Shown here in pieces: positions 31,601 to 41,845 of a stretch of 64,000 nt of DNA (position 1 is the stretch's first letter; each line of letters opens with the position of its first letter). This DNA is from an uncultured Alphaproteobacteria bacterium (GTDB lineage: Bacteria > Pseudomonadota > Alphaproteobacteria > MPNO01 > UBA2964). The notes below the pieces were generated by a model, which made no database searches, had not been told where the DNA came from, and saw only the letters and a program-made list of their open reading frames with translations. The DNA is taken from contig OX638326.1 of NCBI GenBank assembly GCA_951812775.1, positions 216,151-280,150 of the forward strand, written 5' to 3'. Made by a program: the position numbers and the translations under genes.

Positions 31601-32337
31601 ATTGCAACCAGGAAGAATTTCTGATCTGCACAATTGCGACGTTGCTTGAGTCCTCTCAGCATGTCGCTGTGGGCATGGCGTCGCCAGTACCAGGGTCGGC
31701 AGCTTTACTGGCTCGCGAGGAAACGAAGGGTCGAATTGACGGGTTACGTCTGTCGATGATTGGCGGCGATGCCAATAATCCTTTTACCGACGGCGGGCGC
31801 GAACTGTTCGATTGCTCGGGGCAGGGAAGGTTCGACACATTCTTTCTGGGCGGTGTTCAGATTGACGGACAAGCCAATATTAATCTCGTCGGAACAGGTG
31901 AGTACCCGGCTATGGAGCGGCGGTTCCCGGGCTCTTTCGGCTCGGCTTACATGTATTTTGTTGTACCAAAGGTCATTTTATTTCGTCCGGAACATACCAG
32001 GCGCGTTTTCGTGCCTGAAGTTGACTTCATAAGTGCTCCAGGCACCAGCGAAGAAGGGGTGTATCGCCCCGGCGGCCCACATGCGCTGGTAACCGAACTC
32101 TGTCTGATGATCTTTGATCGAAAACGGAAACGATTTCAGCTGGCATCTGTTCATCCCGGACACAGCGTGGAAGAGGTGCTGGACAATACGGGCTTTGAGT
32201 TCGATATTCCGGAGACAGTCCCTGAGACTTTAGGGCCAACAGATCACAGGCTGGAACTTCTTCGAACCCAAATCAGTCCTAAGATCGCCAAAACCTATCC
32301 GGAGTTCGTCGCGCGTGTCTTTGAAACAGCCGATTAA
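31597..32337 (+). CDS. CoA-transferase family I, subunit B-like
   Basis: [18 protein letters not shown] is typical of CoA-transferase beta subunits. The ATGA overlap with subunit A suggests translational coupling. Confidence 0.7.
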   Translation: MNCNQEEFLICTIATLLESSQHVAVGMASPVPGSAALLAREETKGRIDGLRLSMIGGDANNPFTDGGRELFDCSGQGRFDTFFLGGVQIDGQANINLVGTGEYPAMERRFPGSFGSAYMYFVVPKVILFRPEHTRRVFVPEVDFISAPGTSEEGVYRPGGPHALVTELCLMIFDRKRKRFQLASVHPGHSVEEVLDNTGFEFDIPETVPETLGPTDHRLELLRTQISPKIAKTYPEFVARVFETAD

Positions 32338-35189
32338 GCGCTCTTTTTGAGCCTTCGTTTGCCAAGATAGGGCGCAAGATACTCACCGGTATAGCTGCCC
32401 TTTGTCTGCGCCACATCTTCCGGCGTTCCGCTCGCAACAAGTCGGCCCCCTTTGTTCCCACCATCTGGGCCTAAATCGATAATCCAGTCTGCGGTTTTAA
32501 TGACTTCAAGATTATGTTCGATGACAACGACGGTATTTCCCTGCTCAACAAGAGCATGCAGGACTTCCAGGAGCTTGCGAACATCCTCGAAATGCAGACC
32601 AGTCGTGGGTTCATCCAGGATATAGATTGTTTTGCCCGTCGACCGGCGCGCCAGTTCTTTAGAGAGTTTAACGCGTTGCGCTTCGCCGCCAGAAAGGGTT
32701 GTGGCCTGTTGCCCAATATGGATATAGCCAAGACCAACGCGTTGCAGCATTTCCAGCTTCTCACGGATCGAGGGAATCGCCTTAAAGAACTCACAGCCTT
32801 CATCAACAGTCAGATTAAGAACATCAGCTATTGATTTGTTTCTAAACTCTATTTCAAGGGTTTCCCGATTATAACGACTGCCTTTGCAAACATCACATTC
32901 GACATACACATCAGGCAGGAAATGCATCTCAATTTTGATAACGCCGTCTCCTTGACAGGCTTCGCAGCGGCCGCCTTTGACGTTGAACGAAAAACGACCG
33001 GGCTTGTAGCCACGTGCTTTGGCTTCCGGCAATCCAGAAAACCACTCACGAATAGGCGTAAACGTTCCAGTATAGGTTGCGGGATTTGATCGCGGCGTTC
33101 GACCGATAGGCGATTGATCAATCTCAACCACTTTATCGATGAATTCGAGACCTTGTATGTCTTCGTGGGCCCCCGGAACGGCCCGCGCGCCATGGAGACG
33201 GCGGGAAATCGCCTTATAGAGCGTATCGATAATCAAGGTGGATTTGCCGCTACCCGACACACCAGTTATAGCGGTAAGCGTCCCGAGCGGAATAGACGCA
33301 TTGATGCCTTGCAGGTTGTTCGCAGCGGCGCCTTTGATCGTTAGCTGTCGACCTTTTTTGCCCGGTCGGCGGTGGGTCGGGATCTCAACATACCGAACGC
33401 CCGTCAAATATTGCGCCGTAATGCTGTTTTTAGCCTTCATCACCTTCGCTGGTGGGCCGTGGGCAACAACTTTACCACCATGAATCCCGGCCCCCGGTCC
33501 CAAATCCACGAGATAATCCGCAGAACGAATAGCATCTTCGTCATGCTCAACGACAAGGACAGTGTTCCCCAAGTCTCTTAACCGGCGCAATGTCTCCAGG
33601 AGACGTGCATTGTCGCGTTGATGCAATCCGATCGATGGTTCATCCAAAACATACAGAACACCTGTCAAACCTGACCCTATCTGAGATGCCAAGCGTATCC
33701 GCTGGCTTTCGCCGCCCGAAAGGGTTCCTGAAGACCGTGACAAGGTAAGATATTCAAGCCCCACATCGACCAAAAAGCTCAGCCGTTCATTGATTTCCTT
33801 CAGGATACGGCTCGCGATTTCAGATTGTTTGGCGGAAAGTGATTTTGGGAAGGCCGCAAACCAGTCTCGCGCCGCCAGGATCGAAAACTCGGTGATTTCA
33901 CTAATGTGTAACCCATCAAGCTTTACAGCGAGCGCTTCGGGTCGCAATCGCATGCCGCCACAGCTTTCGCAGGCGGTATTGCTTTGAAAACGGCCGAGCT
34001 CATCCCGAACCCAGGAGCTGTCGGTTTCCCGAAAACGACGCTGCATATTGGGGATAACACCTTCAAACGGACGATCGAGCGTATATTCCCTGCCATCATC
34101 GGCATAAGTCATCTTCACCGACTTATCACCTGTTCCCCACAGAATGCCATCTCGCGCTGTTTTCTTTAAATCTTTAAATGGCGTGTTGACTGAAATCTTG
34201 TAGTGCCGGGCGAGGGAGTCGAGCGTTTGCGCATAATAGGGTGATTTGGAATCCGCCCAAGGCGCAATCGCGCCATCCTTAAGAGATTTGTCATCATCCG
34301 GTACGACCAGATCAGGATCAATGAACAGCGAGGTGCCGAGCCCGTCACAGGAGGGACAGGCGCCAGCTGGGGCATTGAATGAAAAGAGCCGGGGCTCGAT
34401 CTCATCAATTGTAAATCCCGATACCGGACAGGCGAATTTTGCTGAAAATATAACCCGTTCACCATCATTGGCATTCTCGGTAATCGCAATCCCATCTGCC
34501 AGCTCCAGCGCGGTTTCCAGAGAATCTGCCAATCGATTACCCAAGTCAGGACGCACGACAAGACGATCAACCACGACTTCTATGTCGTGCTTGAAGTTCT
34601 TCTTCAGGGCAGGAGCATCTTCGATTTGGTAGTGTTCGCCATCAATCTTGACCCTTTGAAAACCCTTTTTCTGGAGCTCAGCGAGCTCTTTTCGATATTC
34701 GCCTTTACGACCGCGAACAATTGGCGCCAGCAGATAGAGCCTGGTTCCTTCTTCCATCTCAAGGACCCGATCGGCCATCTGCGACACCGTCTGACTTTCA
34801 ATAGGCAGCCCGGTTGCCGGTGAGTAGGGAATCCCCGCTCGCGCGAATAGGAGCCGCAGATAATCGTATATTTCCGTGACGGTGCCGACCGTTGAACGGG
34901 GGTTACGAGATGTTGTCTTCTGTTCAATCGAGATTGCCGGTGACAGCCCTTCGATAGAGTCGACATCTGGCTTTTGCATCATCTCCAGAAATTGTCGAGC
35001 ATAGGCCGAAAGGCTTTCCACATAGCGCCTTTGGCCTTCAGCGTAGATCGTATCGAAGGCGAGGGAAGACTTGCCTGAACCGGACACACCAGTCATCACC
35101 ACCAGTGAGTCCCGGGGCAATGCGATATCAACGTTGTTCAGATTATGTTCACGGGCACCGCGAACAACAATTTTTCCAGCCATACTCAA
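32334..35189 (-). CDS. uvrA: Excinuclease ABC subunit A
   Basis: The 951-aa protein starts [53 protein letters not shown]. It has two ABC modules and zinc-finger cysteines. Confidence 0.97.
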   Translation of the reverse strand: MSMAGKIVVRGAREHNLNNVDIALPRDSLVVMTGVSGSGKSSLAFDTIYAEGQRRYVESLSAYARQFLEMMQKPDVDSIEGLSPAISIEQKTTSRNPRSTVGTVTEIYDYLRLLFARAGIPYSPATGLPIESQTVSQMADRVLEMEEGTRLYLLAPIVRGRKGEYRKELAELQKKGFQRVKIDGEHYQIEDAPALKKNFKHDIEVVVDRLVVRPDLGNRLADSLETALELADGIAITENANDGERVIFSAKFACPVSGFTIDEIEPRLFSFNAPAGACPSCDGLGTSLFIDPDLVVPDDDKSLKDGAIAPWADSKSPYYAQTLDSLARHYKISVNTPFKDLKKTARDGILWGTGDKSVKMTYADDGREYTLDRPFEGVIPNMQRRFRETDSSWVRDELGRFQSNTACESCGGMRLRPEALAVKLDGLHISEITEFSILAARDWFAAFPKSLSAKQSEIASRILKEINERLSFLVDVGLEYLTLSRSSGTLSGGESQRIRLASQIGSGLTGVLYVLDEPSIGLHQRDNARLLETLRRLRDLGNTVLVVEHDEDAIRSADYLVDLGPGAGIHGGKVVAHGPPAKVMKAKNSITAQYLTGVRYVEIPTHRRPGKKGRQLTIKGAAANNLQGINASIPLGTLTAITGVSGSGKSTLIIDTLYKAISRRLHGARAVPGAHEDIQGLEFIDKVVEIDQSPIGRTPRSNPATYTGTFTPIREWFSGLPEAKARGYKPGRFSFNVKGGRCEACQGDGVIKIEMHFLPDVYVECDVCKGSRYNRETLEIEFRNKSIADVLNLTVDEGCEFFKAIPSIREKLEMLQRVGLGYIHIGQQATTLSGGEAQRVKLSKELARRSTGKTIYILDEPTTGLHFEDVRKLLEVLHALVEQGNTVVVIEHNLEVIKTADWIIDLGPDGGNKGGRLVASGTPEDVAQTKGSYTGEYLAPYLGKRRLKKSA

Positions 35190-35396
35190 CCGATCTTGTG
35201 GAGAGAAAACGTCTGTCTGGGATAGTTATAGGCTACCAATCGAGGAGCTTCAAACGAACTAGGGGCAGGAGGCGAATTATCCACCACCCAACGAAAATGT
35301 GAACTCAAATTAGCGTTGAAGATTGACCAAACCAATTGACTTACACCTGTAAAAGCCATGAAAATATCAGTCACTAGATACTGTGTTGAGATCGCA

Positions 35397-35972
35397 ATGA
35401 ACCGGACTTTTAAAATCCTGCTGGTGGCTTTGGTAGCTACTCTGTCCTTTGGACAGGTGACGCCAGGCTATACCGTTGATGAGATCAAAATCGGGCCCAA
35501 GATTGGTGTCGCATTGCCGCATTCATTGAAGGCTCAGGATCAAAATAGCCAGTATCGTGATTTTAAATCACTTGCTAGAAAGCGGGGCTTGATCGTGATG
35601 TTCTCACGGTCATTGGATTGGTGACCCCACTGCAAACGCCAGGCGGTCGCCTGGAACGCAAAACATCAGGAATTTAAGAAGCTTGGCTACGATATCGCCC
35701 TTGTCACCAAGGATGGTGTAGGTGTTCACAAACGGTTCTCTGCAGCTGAAGGTATTTCCTACGCGCTGCTCGCAGACCCTAAGACTGATATTATCGGTGC
35801 CTTTGGCTTGATTAAGCCGGGCGTCCCGAAATCCAGCGCGTGGTATGGGATCGCCGTTCCGGCAATTTTTGTTGTCAATTCGGATGGAAAAATCAGTCAT
35901 CGGTTTTCGACGGAAAACTACCGCGAAAGGCCGGATGTTGAACGTGTCCTTGCCACATTGGGCAAACAATAA
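35397..35972 (+). CDS. Periplasmic thioredoxin-fold redoxin (AhpC/TSA-TlpA-like) with in-frame UGA (putative selenocysteine) at 35622-35624; active site W-U-P-H-C
   Basis: A signal peptide (MNRTFKILLVALVATLSFGQV) is followed by ...GLIVMFSRSLDW-TGA-PHCKRQAVAWNAKHQEFKKLGYDIALVTKDGVGVHKRFSAAEGISYALLADPKTDIIGAFGL...AIFVVNSDGKISHRF. The same frame stays open from the TGA to the TAA at 35970-35972, and a SECIS-like hairpin follows the TGA. Confidence 0.75.
35637..35658 (+). promoter_or_regulatory. Candidate bacterial SECIS element
   Basis: CG-CCAGGC-GGUC-GCCUGG-AA-CG. The 6-bp perfect stem (35639-35644 / 35649-35654) has a GGUC loop, and the UGA-to-loop distance is 23 nt. Confidence 0.6.
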
Positions 35973-35973
35973 G

Positions 35974-36790
35974 CTAGTTAGCGATATCCTTTAGCTTGAA
36001 AAGGCGCGCCGCGTTGCGCCACAGAATGTTCTCGCGTTCTTCCTCGGTACAATTTGCATCTTCAAGTACCTTCAAGCGCATTGTATAGAGCGGTGCAGGT
36101 TCGCGGACACAACTCCATTCGCATCCCAACGGCCATACAGGGATCAAAGTAAGTAATCAGACTTCGTCCCATTTTAGTCAGAATAATTAGCACATCGGGA
36201 TACCGTGCTGCGACTTCATCTGCCCAGACCGGATGGCCATAAAATAACCCACCGGGGAATTGCGACCAGGCTGTCGGAAACTGCACAGGTACCTTGTACT
36301 TGTTTACAGCATCCATCATCGGCACCAGGTCCTTGGCGATTTTCTCGGGGTCTACCTCCGCGGTCATCGCGCGAATAAAGATTTCGCCAAGACCGATCAT
36401 CCCCAGGTCCTCAATACAATGCGCGACCTCATCAGCGGCGCTTTCTCTTACAGGTGCAGGGTCCTCCAAATATTCATAGGCGGCTTCCTGATCGTGGCCT
36501 ATGCGCATAAGGCCATACAGGCGATCAGGATGTCTTTCGACCGACTGGGCAACCTGATCATTGGTTACTGAACCCGGGCGTGCCTGAACAAAGGCCTTAT
36601 CGATCCCAAATTCATCCATGTCCGCGATGAGTTGATCAGAATTATCAATCGGGTCTTCGGTCAACGTACGATCATAGAGATCGGGGCAACGACTCTGAAA
36701 ACTCACAAGATCCTTGGTAGATTTAATATGATCCCTTGCATCGGCGAGGGCCGGGTAGCTCCAAACGTGAATATGTGTATCGATAATCAT
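35974..36790 (-). pseudogene. Amidohydrolase_2 (metal-dependent hydrolase/decarboxylase) family gene with a frameshifted C-terminus
   Basis: The N-terminus is MIIDTHIHVW. The track ORF ends at 36062, but the +1 frame continues as ...VREPAPLYTMRLKVLEDANCTEEERENILWRNAARLFKLKDIAN* (stop 35974-35976), which is the canonical family C-terminus. The total span is 817 nt, not a multiple of 3. Confidence 0.7.
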
Positions 36791-36804
36791 GTTGCGCTCC
36801 TCTG

Positions 36805-37554
36805 TTAGATGACGACGCCACCATTCGGGCTCAGAACCTGTCCCGTGACGTATTTGCTGCCTTCTGATGCGAAGTAGGCAACTGCGTGAGAAATATCATC
36901 GGGTTCACCTTCATGTCCCAAGGGAACACTGGCGATACGCGCCGCACGAAGCACATCTTTTCCTGGTCGTTCGGTCATTGGGGTTGGAATGAACCCGGGG
37001 GCAACCGCATTGACCAATATATTCCATGGTGCAAATTCCTTTGCCCAGGCTTTGGTAAGGCCGATAAGGGCTGCCTTGGCCCCGCAATAATGTGACCCCT
37101 GTGTCGTTCCGGCCATTCCGAAGATAGAAGACGTATTGATAATGCGGCCTTCCTTCCTTTCTTTCATACTTGCAAGCACGGCCCTTGTAGCGACATAGGC
37201 GCCTTTGACGTTGATATCGAACATCTCCGCAATGATCTCATCATCAATTTCCTCAAACATGCGACCGCGGCTGCTGATCCCGGCATTATTGACCAGTACA
37301 TCAACCGGACCGAGTTCTGACTGCGCTTCTTTGGCCAACTCAGCAAAACCATCTGAATCGCGTACATCACCGATCATCACATGTGACTTTGTGCCATTGG
37401 CAGTGACCAACTCTGCGGACTTTTCTGCGCCTTCAGGATTGATGTCCTGCACAATAATATCTGCGCCGTACTCCGAAAGAAGTGCCGCATGACTCTGGCC
37501 CAAGCCGGAGCCCGCACCCGTTATCAGAACGACTTTTCCCGTCATTGATGACAT
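36805..37554 (-). CDS. SDR-family oxidoreductase
   Basis: TGAGSGLG cofactor motif, NNAGI and the catalytic YxxxK (SHYCGAKAA) are present. Confidence 0.88.
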   Translation of the reverse strand: MSSMTGKVVLITGAGSGLGQSHAALLSEYGADIIVQDINPEGAEKSAELVTANGTKSHVMIGDVRDSDGFAELAKEAQSELGPVDVLVNNAGISSRGRMFEEIDDEIIAEMFDINVKGAYVATRAVLASMKERKEGRIINTSSIFGMAGTTQGSHYCGAKAALIGLTKAWAKEFAPWNILVNAVAPGFIPTPMTERPGKDVLRAARIASVPLGHEGEPDDISHAVAYFASEGSKYVTGQVLSPNGGVVI

Positions 37555-37637
37555 TTCAAACTCCCCATCTGTAAATCGGCATTGTCAGCATGCCCTTTGG
37601 CAACCATCATGGCCCAAATTTCAATGGGAGACGAGTG

Positions 37638-38591
37638 ATGCGCGTGGCAATTCTGGATGACTATCAAAATACAGCACTGGAGAGTGCTGACTGGTCATCG
37701 GTTTCAAGCCAGGCAGATATCGATGTTTTTAACGATCATATCCATGAAGAAGATGCCGTCGCAGCACGTTTGCAGGATTACGAAATCATCTGCGCCATGC
37801 GCGAAAGGACGCCATTTCCGCGTTCTCTCATCGAAAAACTGCCAAACCTTAAACTCATCATTTCAAGCGGTATGCGCAATCGGGGAATTGATGTTGAAGC
37901 CGCCAAAGAACATGACGTTATCGTTTGCGGCACCAAGAGCGTCGGTAAACCAACGGCAGAGCTCGCTTGGGGTCTGATCCTCGGACTTGCCAGAAAAATT
38001 CCGGCAGAAAACAATACTGTTAAGGCAGGGGGCTGGCAGCAAACGGTTGGCGAAGGTCTCATCGGCAAAACGCTGGGTATCGCCGGATTGGGAAATCTCG
38101 GCGGTCGAATGGCAACGATAGCCAAAGCGTTTGATATGAATGTCATCGCCTGGAGTCAGAATCTGACGCAGGAACGATGCGATGAATTCGGTGTTCAGCT
38201 CGTCAGCAAGGATGAGCTAATGGCACAATCCGATTACCTGACAATTCATTTAATCTTGAGTGACCGAACCAGAGGTGTCATTGGAGCTGATGATCTTGCT
38301 CGAATGAAACCTTCGGCCTATATCGTCAATACCGCGCGCGGACCAATCATTGATGAGGATGCTTTAGCCGAAGCCCTCCAGAATAATACTATCGCAGGTG
38401 CTGGCATTGACGTCTTTAGTGTTGAACCGTTGCCAGAGGATCATCCATTCCGACGTCTTGAAAACACGATTATCACGCCACATCTCGGCTATGTCGAAGA
38501 AGAAAATTATGGCGCTTATTTCAGCGGCTATGTCGAAGCAATTGACGCCTTTTTGAAGGGTGAACCAAGGAATTTTCTTGGTGGATATTGA
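37638..38591 (+). CDS. D-isomer-specific 2-hydroxyacid dehydrogenase family protein
   Basis: MRVAILDDYQ..., GKTLGIAGLGNLGGRMA (NAD fold), IVNTARGPIIDEDAL and ITPHLGY are present. The ATG at 37638 has a GGGAG RBS. Confidence 0.85.
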   Translation: MRVAILDDYQNTALESADWSSVSSQADIDVFNDHIHEEDAVAARLQDYEIICAMRERTPFPRSLIEKLPNLKLIISSGMRNRGIDVEAAKEHDVIVCGTKSVGKPTAELAWGLILGLARKIPAENNTVKAGGWQQTVGEGLIGKTLGIAGLGNLGGRMATIAKAFDMNVIAWSQNLTQERCDEFGVQLVSKDELMAQSDYLTIHLILSDRTRGVIGADDLARMKPSAYIVNTARGPIIDEDALAEALQNNTIAGAGIDVFSVEPLPEDHPFRRLENTIITPHLGYVEEENYGAYFSGYVEAIDAFLKGEPRNFLGGY

Positions 38592-38665
38592 GTGATCGGT
38601 CGAAGTTTATAAATACTGATTGGCTTAAAATTAGACGTTAATGTTGACTATAGTTTGCCATCAAG

Positions 38666-39532
38666 TCATTCAGGTTTACGGGCAATCACAACGATATCAT
38701 CTCGGAGATTGGGGAATATCTTGGTTATACCTCGTCCAAATATCTTGATCCAATCGAACCAATTCATCGGATTAAAAGGCAACGAATAGTCCCATACCGT
38801 CGCGCTTTCTGTAAAATCCGCTCCCCGATTAGTACTGAGTGTACCTTTTTCAATCAGGGTACGATTAAATACGATGTTTTCCAGATAAGCCGATTGGATT
38901 TCGAAGCCTGACCACTCAACAACAGATTTAGCCTCTTCTAAGGTATATTCACGATGATGTTCGGCATGAAAGTCAGAATGATAAATATACTCGATAGACG
39001 GCAATACATTTATTCCCAGGAGCATTAAAATTCGATGTCTTAGACATAAGAAGTTGGGAACGTCGATAAATACCGACCCTCCCGGTCGTAAAACTCTTAA
39101 GAATTCCAATAAAATGGGTCGCGGTGAATTGTGCAAATGCTCGAGTGTTGCCCCAAAATAGATATAGTCGACGGAACTATCTGGCAAAGGTAGGGGCCCA
39201 TCTTCAATTCTTAAGTCCAGTAAATTGATATTGTGATCTTCGAAATCCGACATCCAGTCCCCGGCGATCTCCGTGCTATCACTCGCGGATACAGTGTAGG
39301 AATTTCTACTCAATATACGGGCAATTACCCCGGAACCGGTGCAGACATCCAAAAAATGCCCGGATTCTGGCAAATGAGCCAAAGCATGCTTTAGCAACCT
39401 GAAATGCTTCGGGTGGACTCCCTTTGGCGTATAATGTTTAAGTTTTCGAGTATGTTCACCAGAACCATCTGATTTTGAAACCAAGTTGTATTGATCCAAA
39501 ATCATTTCTCGAACTTCGTTATCATTTAACAT
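38666..39532 (-). CDS. Class I SAM-dependent methyltransferase (orphan, AT-rich context)
   Basis: Motif I is FLDVCTGSGVIARIL, and post-I/II elements are present (YIYFGATLEHL, LRPGGSVFIDVPN). The substrate is not predictable. Confidence 0.7.
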   Translation of the reverse strand: MLNDNEVREMILDQYNLVSKSDGSGEHTRKLKHYTPKGVHPKHFRLLKHALAHLPESGHFLDVCTGSGVIARILSRNSYTVSASDSTEIAGDWMSDFEDHNINLLDLRIEDGPLPLPDSSVDYIYFGATLEHLHNSPRPILLEFLRVLRPGGSVFIDVPNFLCLRHRILMLLGINVLPSIEYIYHSDFHAEHHREYTLEEAKSVVEWSGFEIQSAYLENIVFNRTLIEKGTLSTNRGADFTESATVWDYSLPFNPMNWFDWIKIFGRGITKIFPNLRDDIVVIARKPE

Positions 39533-40024
39533 TAAATGCCTTTTCTTAAAACGAACAGGTAAAGCGAACTACGGACAATTCCAACAGCGGAAGCATTATA
39601 ATTTATCCTGCATTTGCGTTACAATAGTATAAATATAAAATTATACGCCGTGAACGACTGTAACTCGAATTCGAAAATTTAAAACACTCATAGAATATTC
39701 GATTTATGGGCTTTTCTTTGAATATTTATTTCTTACTTCATCTCGAACTTTTCGGATCGCAACGTGCAAATTTCAATAACGAAATTGTTCGTTTATCCCT
39801 AACGGGCGTTAACCCTCTTTGGCAACGCGGTCTTAAATGGTTTTTGCCACTATCTATGCGTGGTCGGTAGTGTCATATGTTTTTAGGCTGTTCCGCTTCC
39901 CCCCTTGATGGCCAGGTACTATCGACCACTCTTAACTTCCTTGTAAATTCTCCACTGCGTCTGATTGTTGCGCCACCCGCTTTACGATACCTTGCAGTCA
40001 CAACTCTCGTAGCAGGGGCTTGCA

Positions 40025-40744
40025 ATGACAAACACAGAAACCATCGACATCGCGACCGGGTTAGAAAATCTTGCGCGCGGATACCGTATTATTGCCGCCA
40101 ACGGCCATCTTGACGCAACGCTCGGACATTTGTCCTGGCGTGATCCGGAAGGTCGTGGGCTTTGGATGAAATGCCAGGAAATAGGTCTCGATGAAGTTGA
40201 AGCGTCCGATCTTCATCTCATCGATTGGGAAGGTAAGGTCTTAGAGGGCAGTGACGGACATCGTCATTCAGAATGGCCGATCCATGCCGCTGTTCTCCTT
40301 GCACGCGCCGATGTCAATTGCGTTGGTCATACACACCCAATGAATTGTGTTTTGCTCTCCGCCACAAACGAAAAGCTCGTTGGGATCGGACATAACGGTT
40401 CCTATTTTGCTGGTAAGGTTGAGATCTTCGAAAAAACGCTGGCGCTCGTCCGCAATATGGAAGACGCACAAGGCATGGCCGATGCTCTCGGCGATGCCTG
40501 GGCCGTTCTTCTACGAAACCATGGCGTTACCTTTTGCGGCACATCAATAGAGCATTGCGTCATTATGGGAATAGCAATCGAACAAGCATGCAAAGAGCAG
40601 CTCGCCATGTGTGCGACCGGGCTGGACTGGCAGTGGAAGGTCAATACCGGAATGAAAGATGAGGCCATCCTCTATCCCCGGATCGTCACAAATCTATGGC
40701 GCTACCACAATCGGAAGCTCGATAAAGCGGAAGGCCGCGCTTAG
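40025..40744 (+). CDS. Class II aldolase/adducin-domain protein
   Basis: GHLSWRD..., EWPIHAAVLLARADVNCVGHTHP and LLRNHGVTFCG are signatures of the class II aldolase/adducin N-terminal domain. Confidence 0.8.
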   Translation: MTNTETIDIATGLENLARGYRIIAANGHLDATLGHLSWRDPEGRGLWMKCQEIGLDEVEASDLHLIDWEGKVLEGSDGHRHSEWPIHAAVLLARADVNCVGHTHPMNCVLLSATNEKLVGIGHNGSYFAGKVEIFEKTLALVRNMEDAQGMADALGDAWAVLLRNHGVTFCGTSIEHCVIMGIAIEQACKEQLAMCATGLDWQWKVNTGMKDEAILYPRIVTNLWRYHNRKLDKAEGRA

Positions 40745-40747
40745 GAT

Positions 40748-41845
40748 TTACTTTTTGGGTGGCGCAGCCGCCCGAAGAATGCCGTCACGTTCCAGTACCC
40801 GTCGAAAAGCGTGTGGCACAAATGGATGCATCCCGAGCTCAATCATTTCTGCTTGATCCAATGCGACCAGCGCTTTGCGCTCTTCTTCGGTCAACCCCAC
40901 AATTCCAGCTGCGTAGGCAGCAGGATCATCGAGATACCGTTCGCGTTCGGCCTTGTCACCGGCGAGGTTATGCAATGTCTCTGACAAAACAACGCGTTCA
41001 GGATGGATATGCGGATAGTGCGGCTCAAAGTTTTCTTCCTCGGGCTCGGTCGTCCAGGCAACGGTACCGTAGTTGTGGTGCCAGGTCGGCTCAAAATTGG
41101 TTGTGTCGGGTGCTCGTTCACCGATCATCCCAGCGGCAACGCCCCAGCACCGCAATTCGATATTACCTGTTTCATCAAGTTTCTTTTCATCCAGGGCCAG
41201 CAGATAGCGGAGTTCACCCCGTTCCATCATTGACATGAAATGGCGGTCGAATTCTTCGTCAGGACCGGGATCCATATAGCGTTCCGTGCCAGGATAGTGC
41301 GAAAGCCCACCACTACAGACCACGACAGCGCGCAGGCCCAATGCCTTAATGCCATCGCCTAAAACGCGTCCGAAGGCAAAACAATGCTCGATAGAAGGCT
41401 GTGGCGGCACATAAGCGTTTACAAAGATGGGCAGGATAGGGATGTCCTCTATGCCGGTAAAATCAAGGGGAATGCCGAAGGCATAATCAATTTTGGCATT
41501 GCTGGTAAAGGCGGGGTCTACATTATTCCGCTGGGCGTAGCGCAGGAGGTCAAGAGATGCCTCGCTGGCGACCGGATACTGATAGTCACGACCGGCAAAG
41601 CTGCCTTCCGCGACACCGCCGATATGCATCGTAAAACTAGCCGTGCAGTGAAGCAGAAACTGATGCGCATGGTCGTTGGCAATAACGATACAGATATCCG
41701 GTTTCATTGCCTTGAGCTTGTCGCCAACGCCGGTAAGAAGGTCTTTGACCCGTTTGACGACATTGGGATCTTCCGAATCAGGAAGAGTCCAAAGTTGCGG
41801 GGCGTGTGTCGTGCAAACACCCCCAATGACACCAGCTTTACTCAT
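40748..41845 (-). CDS. Class III extradiol ring-cleavage dioxygenase, LigB-like catalytic domain fused to a LigA-like C-terminal domain (gallate/protocatechuate 4,5-dioxygenase-like)
   Basis: The LigB-type N-terminus (GVIGGVCTTHAPQL ... IANDHAHQF ... CSGGLSHYPG) is followed by a C-terminal LigA-like segment (RYLDDPAAYAAGIVGLTEEERKALVALDQAEMIELGMHPF). The ATG at 41845 has an AAGGA RBS. Confidence 0.75.
   Translation of the reverse strand: MSKAGVIGGVCTTHAPQLWTLPDSEDPNVVKRVKDLLTGVGDKLKAMKPDICIVIANDHAHQFLLHCTASFTMHIGGVAEGSFAGRDYQYPVASEASLDLLRYAQRNNVDPAFTSNAKIDYAFGIPLDFTGIEDIPILPIFVNAYVPPQPSIEHCFAFGRVLGDGIKALGLRAVVVCSGGLSHYPGTERYMDPGPDEEFDRHFMSMMERGELRYLLALDEKKLDETGNIELRCWGVAAGMIGERAPDTTNFEPTWHHNYGTVAWTTEPEEENFEPHYPHIHPERVVLSETLHNLAGDKAERERYLDDPAAYAAGIVGLTEEERKALVALDQAEMIELGMHPFVPHAFRRVLERDGILRAAAPPKK

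Noticed and set aside
35190-35396. Alphaproteobacterial LexA (SOS) box GTTC-N7-GTTC or GAAC-N7-GAAC upstream of uvrA, and upstream of ssb at 41945-41998
   Set aside because: I scanned both promoter regions by eye. Only isolated GAAC half-sites with wrong spacing are present (for example GAAAATGTGAAC), so no SOS box can be supported.
35622-35624. Possibility that TGA is reassigned (code 4 or 25) rather than Sec
   Set aside because: TGA terminates scpA (15615-15617), tatA (16735-16737) and the crotonase gene (62964-62966) at family-typical ends. The standard code therefore applies, and only this TGA sits at a Cys-equivalent position with a hairpin.
35610-35969. 119-aa minus-strand ORF in the track
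   Set aside because: It lies entirely antisense to the second half of the redoxin gene, whose plus-strand translation has clear family similarity. It is a shadow ORF created by splitting the selenoprotein at its UGA.
39877-40113. 78-aa plus-strand ORF upstream of and overlapping the aldolase gene
   Set aside because: It has no RBS, odd composition and no family resemblance, and it overlaps the well-supported aldolase start at 40025.
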